Notes under the pieces: generated by a model
The model's database searches: none
What the model was told of the DNA's origin: nothing
What the model saw: only the letters and a program-made list of their open reading frames with translations
Made by a program: the position numbers and the translations under genes
Origin: Eledone cirrhosa
Taxonomy: Eukaryota
Direction: 5' to 3'
DNA length: 64,000 nt
Assembly: GCA_964016885.1 (NCBI GenBank)
Contig: OZ024740.1
Location: 43,710,001 to 43,774,000, forward strand
Shown: positions 38,383 through 55,515 of the stretch, piece after piece
How the letters are laid out: each line of letters opens with the position of its first letter
How positions within the stretch are numbered: position 1 is the first letter of the stretch

Positions 38383-41300
38383 TTAGATGCAACATTTTTG
38401 GAATGTTTTACATATTTTTATTGTTCCATTAATGGATTGTACTTGTAATTTCCTAACTAGTTGTGTTCTTTCTGTTCCTATGAAGCCTAGCTTCTCAACA
38501 TTTCTATTGAGGCAGTTACTAACATACCCCAGTGCCCCAATAATCACAGGCATAAATCTGAAGGTGTAATCAGGGTGGAGTATCTGCAGATTTCTCATCA
38601 GTTCTGCATAAATATTCTCCTTTTCGCTAATCTTTGATATTATATTGGCATCTGCTGGGCAGCTAATTTCCACTACTGTGCATGCTTTCTTAGCCCTGTC
38701 TCATATCATAATATCTCGTCTGTTATGCCCGCATTTTATTGGGGGTTTTACTGGAACATTCCACCAGTACTCTTTCATATTAGGTACATGGATGTCTTCC
38801 ACATTGCTGTAGCTTTTAATGTGTTTATTAACGGGGCTATCTTTTTTACGAACTGCATTGTCCAGTATTTTGGCCACTACATCATACCTCATAGTTAGAT
38901 AGTACCGCGATGACATCTTTGGACAGCTGCGGATGACATGAGTGATATCCTCGGTGTTAGTTCTTCAGAATCTGCACTTGTTATCACATCTAGGTGTTTT
39001 GCCTGCATCCCTATCTCTTTTGTGAATCAGGTATTTCGTGTTAATCTCCTGTTCTTGGATTGCAAAAGCGTATCTTTCAAAGTGGGAGCCAATATAGCGG
39101 TTGTTGGTCCAATATAGACTACTTTCCTTATCTATATTACTCTCAACATATTACTGGCAACATATCCATGCATGATTTTTTGCTGATAGGCATGCAGTTT
39201 TTCATCCATGGATTCACTGCGATACTGCTGAGCGACATCTCTGGGTGTGAGTTTTTGATTTTCACACAGGGAATATCTCTCGAGGAGTTCCTTCCCAACT
39301 CTCATGATCTTATCTGTTTCATGCAGATAGACTTGCTAGAGAGACGGGCTCCTACGCTTCGAAGTTCGTAGATGTTGTCGGAGAGATATGATGCGACATT
39401 CAAATGTCTGGACTGATGTTAGGCCTCTGCCTCCCTGCTTACCTTTCAAGTAAAGGTGGTCTATGTCACTGTTGATGTGGAGGTTTCCGGTATTGTTTAG
39501 TATTTTTCGAGTTCCAACATCAACTGCTCGGATTTTGTCTATCGTCCAATTGAGCATTCCAAACGTTGGTGTTAGGACAGGCACAGCAAACACATTGTGA
39601 GCCACTGTTTTGTTTAGCGCAGAGAGTTCCGATGACCAAATCTTTCTTAATCGGGTGTAGTATTCCCTGGTTACGCGTTCCTTATTACAGATACCATTAT
39701 AGGATATGTTGTCATATATCCCCAGGTATCTGTAGCAGTCCTCATCAGATATCGGTGAAACAGTTAGGCCATTGATGCCAATGTTGCTAGATTGGGTTGT
39801 TGTTTTTCCCCGCTTTACAGTCATGTATGAGCATTTATCTTGGCCAAACTCCATTCCTATATCCCTTGAGAACGTCGTAACCAGGTCAATATTTTTCTTC
39901 ATCCCATCCATGTTCTTGGCATAGAGTTTCAGATCGTCCACAAAGAAATTATGGGTTAGGTTCGTATTTCTGTCCTCCTGTGAGCCAATGATGTATCCTT
40001 CACATTTCTTGAGCAGAAAAGACAAGGGGTTTAATGACAAGATGAATAATATCACAGAGAGACTGTCCCCCTGCGATATTTTATTTTATCAGTGAAAATA
40101 GAGTCCCCCCTCTCTGTCTTTAACCTTAGGATAGTATCCCAAGAAGAAGCCAGCTTCTTTATGGCTCTGACAATAATCTGGGACTTTAGCAAGTTGGAGG
40201 GCCTCTATCAGCCAAGAGTGGGGAACAGAATCGAAAGCTTGCCTGTAGTCCAGCTAGACTGTAGCCATATTCCTCCTAAGTTGTCGACATCGCAGTTTTG
40301 TTGATTAGGAGTTGTTCAGCACACCCCAAACCCCTTTCTTTCCAGCTGCTTCTTCATCTGTGATGATGTTATTATTTTCACAGTGCGGTGGATTGGCAGT
40401 ATCGGTAGAGGGTCGGACGCCATGCTTTCCAGCATAGTTACGTCCCTTTACGATCTGAGTTCAAATCCCGCCGAGGTTGACTTTGCCTTTCATCCTTACG
40501 GGGTCGATAAAATAAAGTACCAGTTATGCACTGGGTATTTGCTGGCCTTGTGCCTAAAGTAGAAACAATTATTATTTTTACAGTGATCTTGGAGGAATAG
40601 GTTGAGGCAGGCTGTATACATCTTATACATCAGGTTCTGGCATTCAATGGGTCGGTAGTTTCTTTGCCAAGTGGGTGTCTTTGTTCTTGGGGACCAGTAA
40701 TATTTGTGCTAATGTCAACCATTCTAGTATAAGTGTATCTCCCTTAAGAACTTGTTGGTAGAGGCCAGTAAGATAACTCCGATAGAATATCAGTTTTTTG
40801 TACCAGTAGCCGACAATCATGTCTCTTCCTGGTCTTTTCTTATCTTGGAGTTTTCCTATCTCAGTCTCAAGGGTACCGTCACTTATTTCCTATGTTTTTG
40901 TTGTAGTGTAGGAGCAATAGTTCTTTCGGATTTCTCTTAGCCACACTGTATCTTGGTTGAAGTTCTTCTTTTCACCCCATATTTTGCTCCAAAAGGAATC
41001 TGTCTTTCTGGGATGGGGCCTCAGTGACACTTATTATTTTGTTCTTCATATCTCTATAGACTGGTGTTTGGTTTCGTCTGAATCTTTTATTAAGCACTTT
41101 TCTCTCATCTACCTTCTTCGGGTATCGGCGTTTTTCGCTAACAGCTCTCAATTCTTGTTTGAGGGTGATCAGCTTATATTGAAGAGTTCTGGTTCTACTG
41201 TTACCAAACATCGTCTCTATTTTATTTTTCACTCTTTGTTGGTGAGGAGTGAGGTTTTTTGTGTTTGTTTGCATGTAAGGAGCATTGTCACATATCCTAT

Positions 41301-42340
41301 GGTTTTTCGTAGGTCAGCAATCTTTTTTTTTCTATTTTAGTTATATATGATGGTATTTTTGGTGGTGTTCTGTTCTTATTAATATCTCTACCAAGATAAT
41401 GCTTCACTGTCGTTTCTAAGGTATATAAACAGGCGTTGATTTGCCAAATTGTTGGGGTTTTTATCCGTCGTAAATATTCATTCCCTATTTCGTCCATAAC
41501 ACGTAATATTTCATTATTTGTTTTTTTATTAAACATTGTCGTTTTAACACGTTCAGCAAGAGAGATATTTATACATCAATTAATTTCTCTCTGGAAGATT
41601 TCGTTGAGGGAAATGTTCACATGTTTATACTTTTGATTATTATCATTATCGATAGTATTTTCCACAACAGTCGAGGTAGACTCGGATGGTACACGTGGTG
41701 TCAAATTTCTTCGATTATTATTATTATCGATAGTGTTTTCCCCAGCATTCGAGGTAGACTTAGGTGGTACATGTGGTGTCAAGTTTCTTACAGCCATAGT
41801 TGTTTCAAGGCGCTGTTCGACCTGGCTGCTAGGAAGTCTAGAAGCATGGCGACCTGTATCACGTGTTGTTGATGTCATTTTTGTTGTGGGGGGACTTACA
41901 ATTAATACTATTTATCTCATTTTTACGTTCAACAAACGTCGCTTGTTGGCGTAATTGTGAAATAATTTAGCTCTGGGTGCATTTCGTCCCAGTGTAGCTT
42001 CATTCTGTTCATATAGCCAATGGGGGGATTGTATTTTGCCATTTTATAACAATTAAATAAATCATTAAGTTCGCAACTCCAAGAGAAATGCGATTTATAA
42101 TTTCGGTTTCTTCTGTAGCTACAACTGAATAAAGTTTGTTTACTTTTCTTGTTGTTTGTCTTCGATACTTCCTTAATTTTGTTGTTGATGTTGTGTTCAG
42201 CCATGCTGTTTGTAGCAAATCCTTGTAAAATGAATTATGTATATAATCGGATATCTCTACGAATTCAAATAAAAGGTGTCTTCAGAAGATGCAGTTAGAA
42301 GAATAACCAGTTATTCAAAATGACTGTAGTTGTGGCATTA
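38383..42340 (-). mobile_element. R4/Dong-like RLE LINE, near full length, frameshifted
   Basis: RT (FFVDDLKLYAK, YRYLGI, GGRGL), CCHC finger and RLE (HNRRDI, EISCP, PVIIGALG). Carries a SINE insertion. Confidence 0.88.
40384..40566 (+). mobile_element. SINE, family 1, inserted in the RLE LINE with a ~17-bp TSD (TTATTATTTTYACAGTG)
   Basis: Family consensus plus duplicated flank. Confidence 0.9.
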
Positions 42341-42473
42341 CTGTCGGAGATAGTATTCATCTTAAATTTAATAAATAGTCTCCCACCCCCAAATATGCGA
42401 CTGATCGCGTTGACTTATGTATGTATGTGTGTATGTATGTATGTATGTATGTATGTATGTATGTATATATGTA

Positions 42474-43088
42474 TGTCACCTCAGGTCACCAGTTGGTGCT
42501 ACTGGTAACATGTATCCCAGTACAACCTGTCTCATGGTCGGGTCGTTGGCGACTAAACTGGCAACCCCACCAAGGTTTCTTGGTGAGGAGGGTGACTTTG
42601 GACATCCTGCAGGACTAAAAACAAAACCTGTCAAAGGGCAAAGGAGCTCTTAAGAGTCAATGGCCATCCAAAATCACCGGGAGAGATGACCCCTTAGCCT
42701 TTGTCAAGGCAGAATTCTAGGAGAAGGAAAACTCTGATATAACACCTGCAACCCTGATGGTATCCAATGATGTTGACTTGTTCTTCTTTTTGGTAAATAT
42801 CATCTTGGTTAAGAGAGTGGGACTGGCTTTGTGCAGAGCCTTTGCTCACTATAAAAGCTTCACGGCACAGGCATTGCTTTATATCTGGAGATCTCTCTGC
42901 ACTTGTCGTCACATGTTACCATGGGCCCAGCACTATGTGTCAATAATTGTCACAAGTGTAGTGTTTGTACCAGAGTTTTCAAGTCGCTGGCTGGACTAAA
43001 AAGTCACACTCGTTCAGCATATCGGTAGGGGTTCTCCTACATGGATATAAAGTAGTGGCCATACTCGAAAACGAGTTGGCAGCCACCA
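42474..43088 (+). mobile_element. Bipartite non-autonomous RTE-derived element flanked by (TATG)n
   Basis: RTE-type 5' UTR motif TCTAGGAGAAGGAAAACTCTGA (recalled, not searched) joined to a C-terminal C2H2-like remnant CSVCTRVFKSLAGLKSHTRS. Near-identical copy at 56070-56663. Confidence 0.7.
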
Positions 43089-43199
43089 TATATGTATGTA
43101 TGTATGTATTATGTATTATGTATGTATGTATGTATTATGTATGTATTATGTATGTTTCTCTTTCTCTTAATTTTTTGAGAACATTTTTGAGCGGCCACC

Positions 43200-45625
43200 T
43201 TCCTGGTGGCAAGTTTGTAAAAGAAAATAAATTGTCATCCCTTGAATCGCAAGAATGTTTTGCATATTTTTAAGTTGCCAGCTATCGCATCCATTTGTAG
43301 CCTATGAATTAGGGAGCTGCGCTCTTTGTCCACAAATCCAAGTTCAGTTATACTTTGGTTCAAGCGGGTTAGTATATAACTTGTAGGTCCAATAATAATG
43401 GGTATGAAGCTGAAGTTGTATATTGGATACTTGATCAGCAAACTCCTCATCAATGCTCCGTAGATATCCTCCTTCTGTATTTTTCTTACAAATTTAACAT
43501 GAAGTGGGCAGCTGATCTCTACAACAGGGCACGTTTTCTATATGTGGTCCCAAACAACAATATCAGGCCGGTTGTGCTTTAATTTAGTGGCAGATTTTAT
43601 TTTCAGGTACCACCAGTATTTTTTAGTGCCATCAACATATTCCTCATTTGTTTTTAATTTTGTTTTCCTAAGTGCTCTCCAGATGGTTCTAGCTATCATA
43701 TCGAGTCTCATAGGGAGGTAGTAGCGAGACGACATTCTTTCGCAGTTGGCAACAATGTAGCAAACATCTATCTTTGTTTTACAAAGCCTACATTTATTGT
43801 CGACTGATGGCCCTCCTCTTTTGTGTAGCAGATATTTGGTAGGGATTTCTTGTTCCTGTATTGTATAGAGATATCGTTCAAGGTGGGATGTCAGAAACTT
43901 GTCGGAATGATTTATCCCCTCTATGGTCTGTGTTTTTCGTCTCAGACACAACTTTCTCTGTAAATTGGTCCATTTTTTATCTTGTTCGAACATTGAATAG
44001 GATCTTCCAATTTCCCCGTGAGAGATATTAATATGAGGCCTTATTCCATATCTCTCCTCCAGATCGGTGGCAATCCTTATGATATTATTTCCGTCATGCT
44101 CATAGACCTGGGCAAGATGTTTGCTGACCTTTTTCTTCTGCTGAAGATGTTGCTTCAGTGTTACTATTCAGGTCTCGTGTGATGTTAATATGGATTTTAG
44201 ACCCCGGCCACCTTCCTTGCGTGAGAAGTATAGCCTATCCACATCACCATTGATGTTAAAGTTTCCAGTAACACTGAGAAGCTTGTGAGTTCTTACATCC
44301 ATCTCACTTAGTTCTTGCAATGACCAGTTCAGCAGACCAAATGTTGGCGTCAGGATTGGCACAGCATAAGTATTGTAGGCAATGTATTTGTTGTACGCTG
44401 ATAGTTCAGATGACCACATTTTCTTTATTCTTCTGAGGTATTCAGTTCTGGTTCTCTCCTTATTTATGGCTCCATCATATTTTACTGTCAAATATGCTCA
44501 TTTGGACTCACCAAATTTCATTTTGATGTCTGCAGAAAATTGTGTAATGAGGTCCAATTGTTTTTTTAATATAGTTGATATTTGGCCCATACAACTTCAG
44601 GTCATCAACTAAGAAAAGGTGGGAGATACATCTGGACCCACTTTCATGACCACTTTGTTTTGTGAGCAGGTATGTTAGTGGGTCTAGTGAGAGGACGAAG
44701 AGCAGCACTGATAAGCTATCAACCTGAACAATGACTTTCTGATAGTGTATTGTATCATTCTTAATTTGCTCCTTCTCACCCCTAAGGATCAAATTGGTGT
44801 ACTAGTTCTTGGTCAGGCGTTCAACAGCAGCTACTAGTTGTTGTGGGACTTTGGATTACTGTAAAGCCTTAATAATCCACCTATGAGGTACACTATTAAA
44901 AGCCTTCTGATAGTCCAGCCACACCACAGTCATGTTCCTGCGATTCTTTGCTGTTTTTTTCCTGTATCATTTCATTTGTTAGTAGGTGATCTATGCAGCC
45001 CCGGACCTCCTTCTTTCCACCAGCTTGTTTAGGTGTTATAATGTTGTTGGTGGCACAATGATCCTGTAAGAACAGATTAAGGCCACCCACTGTATAATTT
45101 ATACATGATGTACTGGCAGGCTATTGGGCGGTAATTTTTATCAAGGGTGGTCTGGCTATTTTGTGGGATGAAGAGAGTAGTGGCAGCTGATAACCATTGG
45201 AGCAGTTCTTGTGTGACCTTGATGGTTTCTCTAAACAGCCGTTTGAGATCTTGCCGATAGAAGGTGAAATTCTTCAGTCAGTATCCTGTTATGAGGTCTG
45301 GGCCTGGTGATTTCCTATTCAACATTTTCTGCAGAGCTGTTTCTACTATTGTCTCATCTATGTCATATTCTTTTGTCTGGACATGCTGGCAGTATTCCTG
45401 TTCTAGTTCTTTTAGCCATTTAGTTTGTTTGCTAAATTCGTCATTCGTTTCCCATACAGACCTCCAGTAGCTATCAATCTGTTCTTTTGTAGGGGGTGTC
45501 ATTTACAGAGATTGAGTTTTTCCCATTGAAGCTGCGATAAACTGATTTAGTATCTCTGACAAATAATCTATTTAGCACTTGCCGTTTATGTGCTATTGAC
45601 TTATATTTTAGTATTTGAAGCTGTG
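43200..45625 (-). mobile_element. R4/Dong-like RLE LINE of a different subfamily, degenerate
   Basis: KSPGPDLITGY, LVDDLKLY, GGRGL, CRLC, HNRPDIVV, EISCP. Confidence 0.85.
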
Positions 45626-46242
45626 AGCTGTTGTATGTGTGTATGTATATTATATATATGTGCGTATGCATGTGTGTGTGTACGTATGTATTATATATGT
45701 ATGTATTGCCACTTATATACACACACAGACATAAGAATGCAATGAATATTAATGCACAATTCACAATGCGGAACAATGTGCTTGAGTTTTCGCTCAAGAA
45801 TCGCGACTCATTAGACTTTATATTCCATCCCGTTAATCACAATAATAGTTTCATTGATTCCTTCTTACATACATTTCATTATTGCATTCTATTTAGAATT
45901 GGTGGCGGATCTCTTTAAATTAATTTATTTTTCAATTACAATGCTCAAGATTTAACAACAGTGAATCATTTATATGTAGTCTGTTATTTTATAAAAGTAA
46001 AAGGGAAAAAAATAAAATGATTATTAGAAGGCTTGTACAAGGGAAGTAACTGAGGATTAAATTGTTCAAATAAGCTCCCTTATCCTCGTCCCCCCCACCC
46101 CTAAAAAGTAATAGGTTAACATACGATAAATTATCAATTTGCCAACTGACGTTTTTTAGAATATCCTACTAACGAGATTCCATTGGAAACTGCAATAACA
46201 TCTTAGCTATATACATTTAGAGATATGTATGCGTTATATGAG

Positions 46243-46385
46243 ATGGCAAGGTGGCACAAGTATTAGAATGCTGGGTAGAATGCTTTGTGGTATTCGCTCG
46301 GACTCTCTGCGCTCTGAGTTCAAATCCCACCGTGGTCAACTTTGCCTTTCATCCGATAAAAAAAAACACCGGACCAGTATTGAGT
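46243..46385 (+). mobile_element. SINE, family 1, fragment
   Basis: GAGTTCAAATCCC...CTTTGCCTTTCATCC. Confidence 0.7.
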
Positions 46386-47009
46386 CGTTTCTTATTTATA
46401 TCTCTTTTCTCATTTCTTTATTACTCTCTCATTCTTTATTTCTCTCTCCCTCCCTCTCTCTTTCTCACTCTCTGGAAGAAATCGGATGTATGCAGTCAGA
46501 CATGAAGAGGAGATGGTCTTGGTTATGTTATGAATATGCCCAAGAACTACTGTATGTCACTAGGGCATCCCTACGACTACAGCAAGAGTTAGGGGTCCAT
46601 ACAAATATACTTACAAATACATCGTTATATATTGATATATTTATCTCTTGAATATAATTTGACGACTTCAATTATTTGATAAATATCAAAAGTATCACTT
46701 TCTTTTCTATATTAAGATGAAATATCTCAAGATAGATTGCAAAAAATCTAAGTTTTAATTAGCTGATCGGGTAAATGGTGTGGACGATATTAAAACATTC
46801 CTGTTATCTCCAATGTAATAAAATGGATTCCTTAACAGTTTGGGGATTAAGGATAACGTTAAGTGGTTAGTTTATCAAGTGGTTAATGATTAATTGTCGT
46901 TTCTAATAGTCACTAATTAATTAGGTTTCAAATGCGATTAAGAATTATCCCCAGATAATTAGTTTCCAGGGTGTAGCGGAGGAAGAAGAGGAATCTATCT
47001 TTAACATTC

Positions 47010-47850
47010 TACTTTAGGCACAAGGCAAGCAATTACCCAGTGCATTACTGGTACTTTATTTTATCGACCCCGTAAGGATGAAAGGCAAAGTCAACCTCAG
47101 CGGGATTTGAACTCAGATCGTAAAGGGACGTAACTATGCTGAAAAGCATGGCGTCCGACCCTCTACCGATACTGCCAATCCACCGCCCGTATTAGTACAC
47201 AAATAATATGACAAATACAGTAGAAAAATATCGAAGATATAATGGTTTCTAGTTTAGTGCGGGACTGGTACTTTATTTTATCGACTCCGTAAGGATGAAA
47301 GGCAAAGTTAACCTCGGCGGGATTTGAACTCAGATCATAAAGGGCCGTAACTCTATGCTGCAAAGTATGTCGTCCGATCCTCTAACGATACTGGCAATCC
47401 ACCGCACTTTCTAGTTTAGACATAATGCCAGCAGCTTGGGGATTGGAGAACAGTGGATTACACACCTCAGTACATGACTGGTAGTTTATTTTAATGAAAG
47501 CATAACAAGTAAATTTAACTTCCGTGGGAGCTGAACCTAGAACTCTTTACGTCAAATCCCGACAAGGTTAGCTTTGCCTGTCCTCCTTACGGGGTCGATA
47601 AAATAAAGTACCAGAATCGCAGAGGGGTGTATTTATTTCCCCACCACCACAAGAAAAACTGTAGGCCTTGTGCCTAAATCAGAAACGGTTATTATCTAAT
47701 ATGTTAAGCTAGTTTGACAGAATCGTTAAAGCGCCAGTCGAATGCTTGTCACTATTTGTTCCAACTTTACGTCTTAAGTTCAAATCCCGTCGAGTTCAAC
47801 TTTGCATCCGAGGTCGATGAGATAATGTACATGGATCAGTATAATCGACT
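47010..47850. mobile_element. Cluster of about five family-1 SINEs (minus 47010-47187, 47244-47406, ~47410-47545; plus ~47545-47692, ~47710-47850)
   Basis: Repeated family consensus. Confidence 0.85.
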
Positions 47851-48229
47851 ATCCCACTACCCATCAAATTACTTAATATTATAGATTTCGTAGTACTTAA
47901 ACTAATTTGAAGGTATGTGTTATATGTAATTGTAATATACGGATATTCGTGTGAGCCTTTAGTTGTGTATATAAGGAAAATATGTTATTTAACCTCAATA
48001 GGGGAATGAAGGACAATAGACTGGAAGCATTGTTTTTTTTTTCTTTTTCTTTTTTAGCTCTTTCGCATCTAAACCGTTATTTGACACATTAACAGCAACG
48101 AGCCCTGTTATGTTCGCAAGTATTGGTACGAAAACCAAAAAATATCTTGTCGTTCGCGTATTCCAGATGTAAAGTTAATAGGTTTCCATACACATTGTAA
48201 CCCTCTAGCATGACTATCTTCCCATTCCA

Positions 48230-48545
48230 CGGTGGTAAACCTCTCGTCTAGGATGCTACTTGCAGCGACACTTTCTCCAGCCACAACCTGGTACAGTCTG
48301 CGACTAACCCAGGTTCTGCTGCACTTCGTTCGGGCTGAGTAGGGCAAACTCCCCAAGTACCGGTCGCTCTCCGACCGAATTGCGGTCGTGTCTTAGGCTA
48401 CCTCCCTATTCACCACCATAGGTGCTGAGCTGGCCAGTCGCAGGTGTGAGCCTCCGAGATGGAATGGCTCTTCAGCGCATCTCCCTTACCATCTTCCGGG
48501 GAAACACCTTCTCCATTCTGTCCGCCGGCGCTGTGGGGCGGCCAG
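48230..48545 (+). mobile_element. CRE-clade-like RLE LINE 3' fragment
   Basis: DATCSDTF..., TIGAELASRRCEP..EWLF.RISLTIFRGN across frames. Homologous to 55385-55515 and 62957-63208. Confidence 0.7.
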
Positions 48546-49929
48546 CACGTGGGATCTCGTTTACTCACAATACAGAGAGATAGTGAGAGAGATGGAGGCG
48601 ATGACAGTGAGAGTTCGGCTCTTCTGTGTGCGGAGACAATGCACCTGTCATGTGAATCATGTGATATTTTTGTTATCATCGCAATCATTATCACTAATAA
48701 CCACAACCCCACCACTACCACCACTAATTCCGTCATAATCATCATCATCACACCCACCCACCATTCTCACGAGCTCAAAAAGCCATCACCATCGCCATCA
48801 CCATCTTCAAAGAAGTGTTATTGTACATAAATGATATACACTAACTTTAAAAAATCAATGATGTTTCTATTCTATTTCTATTCTACACTAACTGAAATGT
48901 TAACTAAACGCCATAACAACTTAAACTATCTATTTATTTTTAATATGATAGATCCCTTTCCTATCATATTAAAGTGTATCCAAATCCAGACGCGAATCTC
49001 TTGTATAACATTTTCTGCTCTCTCTCTCTCTCCCTCTCTCAGTCACTCTCTCACCATTTCTCCCTCTCTCTCTCTTTCTCCATCTCCCCTTCCCTCATTA
49101 TATTCATGTGGGTACATGATATATATAAAATGTGTGTATATGTATATATGTAGCGAATCTAAACAGAGTGATTTGAACTTATGTTCCTGAGTTAGCTAAA
49201 CAATCCATTCCTGTCAGGCACGCTGATCTTTTGGCCTCATAGATATTTACATCCTTTGTTCTTGGACTAGTGTCACCAAATTGTCTGAAGGATTGCTTTT
49301 CTAGAAGCCATCTCCTTATTCTCATAATATACTGCTATCCTCATAAAATAGTCTGCCCTCGGCTGTCCAAGCCAGTTCGCTTGCGTTCACGAAAGACTAC
49401 AGGGCTATGTAGTTGTAAACAGATTAGTCCGATCCAAAGGGCCTCGGCCTTTAGGCCAGCGAGCTAAGACGATCATTATATCAATAAATGTTAATACTAC
49501 TACTGCTACTACAGATATCAACGCCAAACTATCACACTATTATTCAGAAAATTTCACTATGTTATGGTTTTTTCCTATATAATCACAATAAATTCGAAGC
49601 AAGGTATCAATTAATAGAAGTAGCGGTTCTTGTTTATCGTTAATGCAATACTAGCTATGAAAAACATATATTTCTCGTTACTGAGATATATATATATCTT
49701 CTTTAATTTCTCATTCTATTTTTTGATGAAGCACTAGCGTTCGAAACGTTAGGGCGCTTTGGCTACTATCAATCGTAATATATGTTTTCATAGTACTGTG
49801 GCGTTTACTTTGTTATTTCTGTTTGCCTTTTTCATATAAGTATATATATGTATACACACACACGCACACACAACACACACACACACGCACACACACACAC
49901 ACACGCACGCACGCACACACACACACACA

Positions 49930-50018
<89 letters not shown>

Positions 50019-50199
50019 CCCCAAAACTACACACTTGTAAAATGTATCCCTTGTGATTGTTTCATATGTTTATTTATATGTTAATCAATTTTTAGTTGTT
50101 ATATATATAATATATATATATATACATATATTATGCATACACCCCCACGTTATATATATATATATATATAAATATATTGTTGCATAAGTTTGGTAGAAA

Positions 50200-52220
<2,021 letters not shown>

Positions 52221-52717
52221 TAGAAGTGAAATTTTAGCTGTCATCATTAATGAGTATTATAGGAAGTCGGAGAGAACTACCCTAAGATAAGAAAAAACAT
52301 GTGTAAATAGATGTGCTTTACAGTATTTAGATACTTTCAGATTATTAGTGAAATTGCATTATATCAGAAATAATTATATGGTGCAGGGGAGATCACTTTT
52401 GTAAAGTTTCCTCCCTTACATTTCTTTTAGTCTGTATAATGTTTTTTTCCACTTTAGTGATAAGCAGACGATTCAGTATCTGGAAAACTGTTTATTATTC
52501 CACTTAGTTCAGACATTGTGCTAGTGGTGTCGGTAGTGAAATTTTAAAATGTAATCACGAATTTTATTCTGATGATTTCTTCCCTCGCCCATCTTGCCAG
52601 TGGGATTTCTTCTCTACTGTCATGCGTTTCTAACCACTACAAATTGTAAACATTCAAAAGCAACATCAATCGTCATATAGACATACACACGCATAATCCC
52701 ATCATTATATATAATAC

Positions 52718-52970
52718 CTAGTTTAAATTTCCAGTTATAATATAACTGAAAATTTAAACTAGAGTTTAGTTTATGCAGACACAAATTGAACTAGATTTGA
52801 AATTCCCTTAAAGCAAAAATTCCCGGAGGAAATCAAACCCATGCAATTTTCCTTGTGAATATAACTTATATTCACAAGGAAAATTGCATGGGTTTGATTT
52901 CCTCCGGGAATTTTTGCTTTAAGTGAATTTCAAATCTAGTTCAATTTGTGTCTGCATGAATTAAACTCTA
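52718..52970. repeat. Two adjacent palindromes (52718-52762; 52760-52970 with 105-bp arms), each with a 1-nt spacer
   Basis: Centres CAGTTATA-A-TATAACTG and GAATATAA-C-TTATATTC. Confidence 0.92.
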
Positions 52971-53552
52971 AAGCGTCTATAATGATATTTGTTCCCGTGC
53001 ACCCCCACCCCCTCTCACACACACACGCACACACACACACACATACACACACGCGCACACATACATACACACACAGAGACACAAACGCATACATGCACAC
53101 CCGTATGTGTATGAGCATTTTAAAACATTCTGAACACAGCCGATTACTGCCATAGAATTTTACAGAATATAGACGAAAAGAGAAAGATAAATAGAAGAAT
53201 CGATCACAATACTGGATTTACAATTTGCTTTTTATCAATACATATAGTAGTCGCTGCAGGTAACAATGGATATTGTTTAATGTCTATTCTTATAGAGAAA
53301 CTACGTAGTTTGATGGCTGCAGTTTGAAAAGATCTGTCTCACTCATATTCATATTTAGAGTAGCTTAGATAATGGCTGTGGTAGAGATTATGGGAGATGT
53401 CTTAGTTCTAATATAGACATTTAGTTCATTGATGGCTTTGTTTTCTTAGTGGATTATTTACGTATAGGGCACAATGATTGCTTTACGTTTGTTCTGGGTG
53501 AGCCTGTGTCCGGATTTGTGTGTTTGACGGGCGGGCCTACTTGTACACACTT

Positions 53553-53700
53553 GTGAAGGCGCATGGCTTAGTGGTTAGAGTATTGGGCTTGCAATCAAAA
53601 GGTTGTGAGTTCAATTCTCGGACCGAGTGATGTGCTGTTTCCTTTATTTCACGTTGGTCCAGTTTACTCAGTTGTAGAAATGAGATGATAGGACTGGGGT
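53553..53700 (+). mobile_element. SINE, family 2
   Basis: A-box TGGCTTAGTGG, B-box GAGTTCAATTCTC, then TTTCACGTTGGTCCAGTTTACTCAG. Confidence 0.75.
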
Positions 53701-53907
53701 CCCTATCATTAAATCCCCCAAGACACCACCAACGAGATATACCTTGGAGGAGGCCAGCTAAACCTGCATAGGTGTGAGTTGTAACACACACACTTGTACA
53801 CACACACACACGCACGCACGCGCGCGCATATATATTTATAAATATAGTGTATACATTTGTATATAGTATACACACACATACACCCGCGCATGCACACGTA
53901 CACGCAC

Positions 53908-54930
<1,023 letters not shown>

Positions 54931-55384
54931 GTCTTTCAAGGATTTCTATCTCTTTCCTGAGATGGTCACCCGACCTATTATAATACTTTGTTAAATCATA
55001 GTTATAATATTTTAAGGGAAATATCGAATATCTATTCCGAAACATAACCCTATACACTGAGTAAACCTGATTATATGTTTTTCATAGTATATACTTTTAA
55101 TCGATGTTTATGATCTAAATCTAAGGACCGCAAACTAAGCTTTTGTGGTAAATGGCAGAACAATTTTCGTGACTAATATTTTATTAACACGTGGTACTTT
55201 GTCCCTCGTCTTTTCCATACCCTTGCAATTTACCTATGAAATGCAATGAAATTAAATGAAAAAAAGGGAATTTACCTAAACTTGCATCTCAATGCTCATA
55301 AATCTCTTCATAATACATATGTATATTGGATGAGTGAGTATCTGACTGATAAAATGACAAATCAATCAATCATGTAGGTGATCT

Positions 55385-55515
55385 CCCCACAGCCCCGGCG
55401 GACAGAATGGAGAAGGCGTTTCCCCCGAGGACGGCAAGGGAGACGCGCTGGAAGAGCCATTCCAGCACGCGAGGCTCACACCTGCGGCTGGCCAGCTCAG
55501 CGCCTATGGTGGTGA
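55385..55515 (-). mobile_element. CRE-like RLE LINE 3' fragment
   Basis: Reverse-complement homolog of 48410-48535. Confidence 0.7.

Noticed and set aside
49715-49755. Hammerhead-like TTGATGAAGCACTAGCGTTCGAAACGTTA
   Set aside because: The core C is missing and no stem I pairing is found; at most a decayed relic.
52322-52375. Minus-strand TATTT-CTGATAT...GAAAGTATCT-AAATA
   Set aside because: Core and stems II/III do not fit; could be chance in AT-rich DNA.
53553-53630. tRNA gene
   Set aside because: A and B boxes are present but there is no proper cloverleaf, and it continues into a SINE body; the same applies to the other SINE heads.
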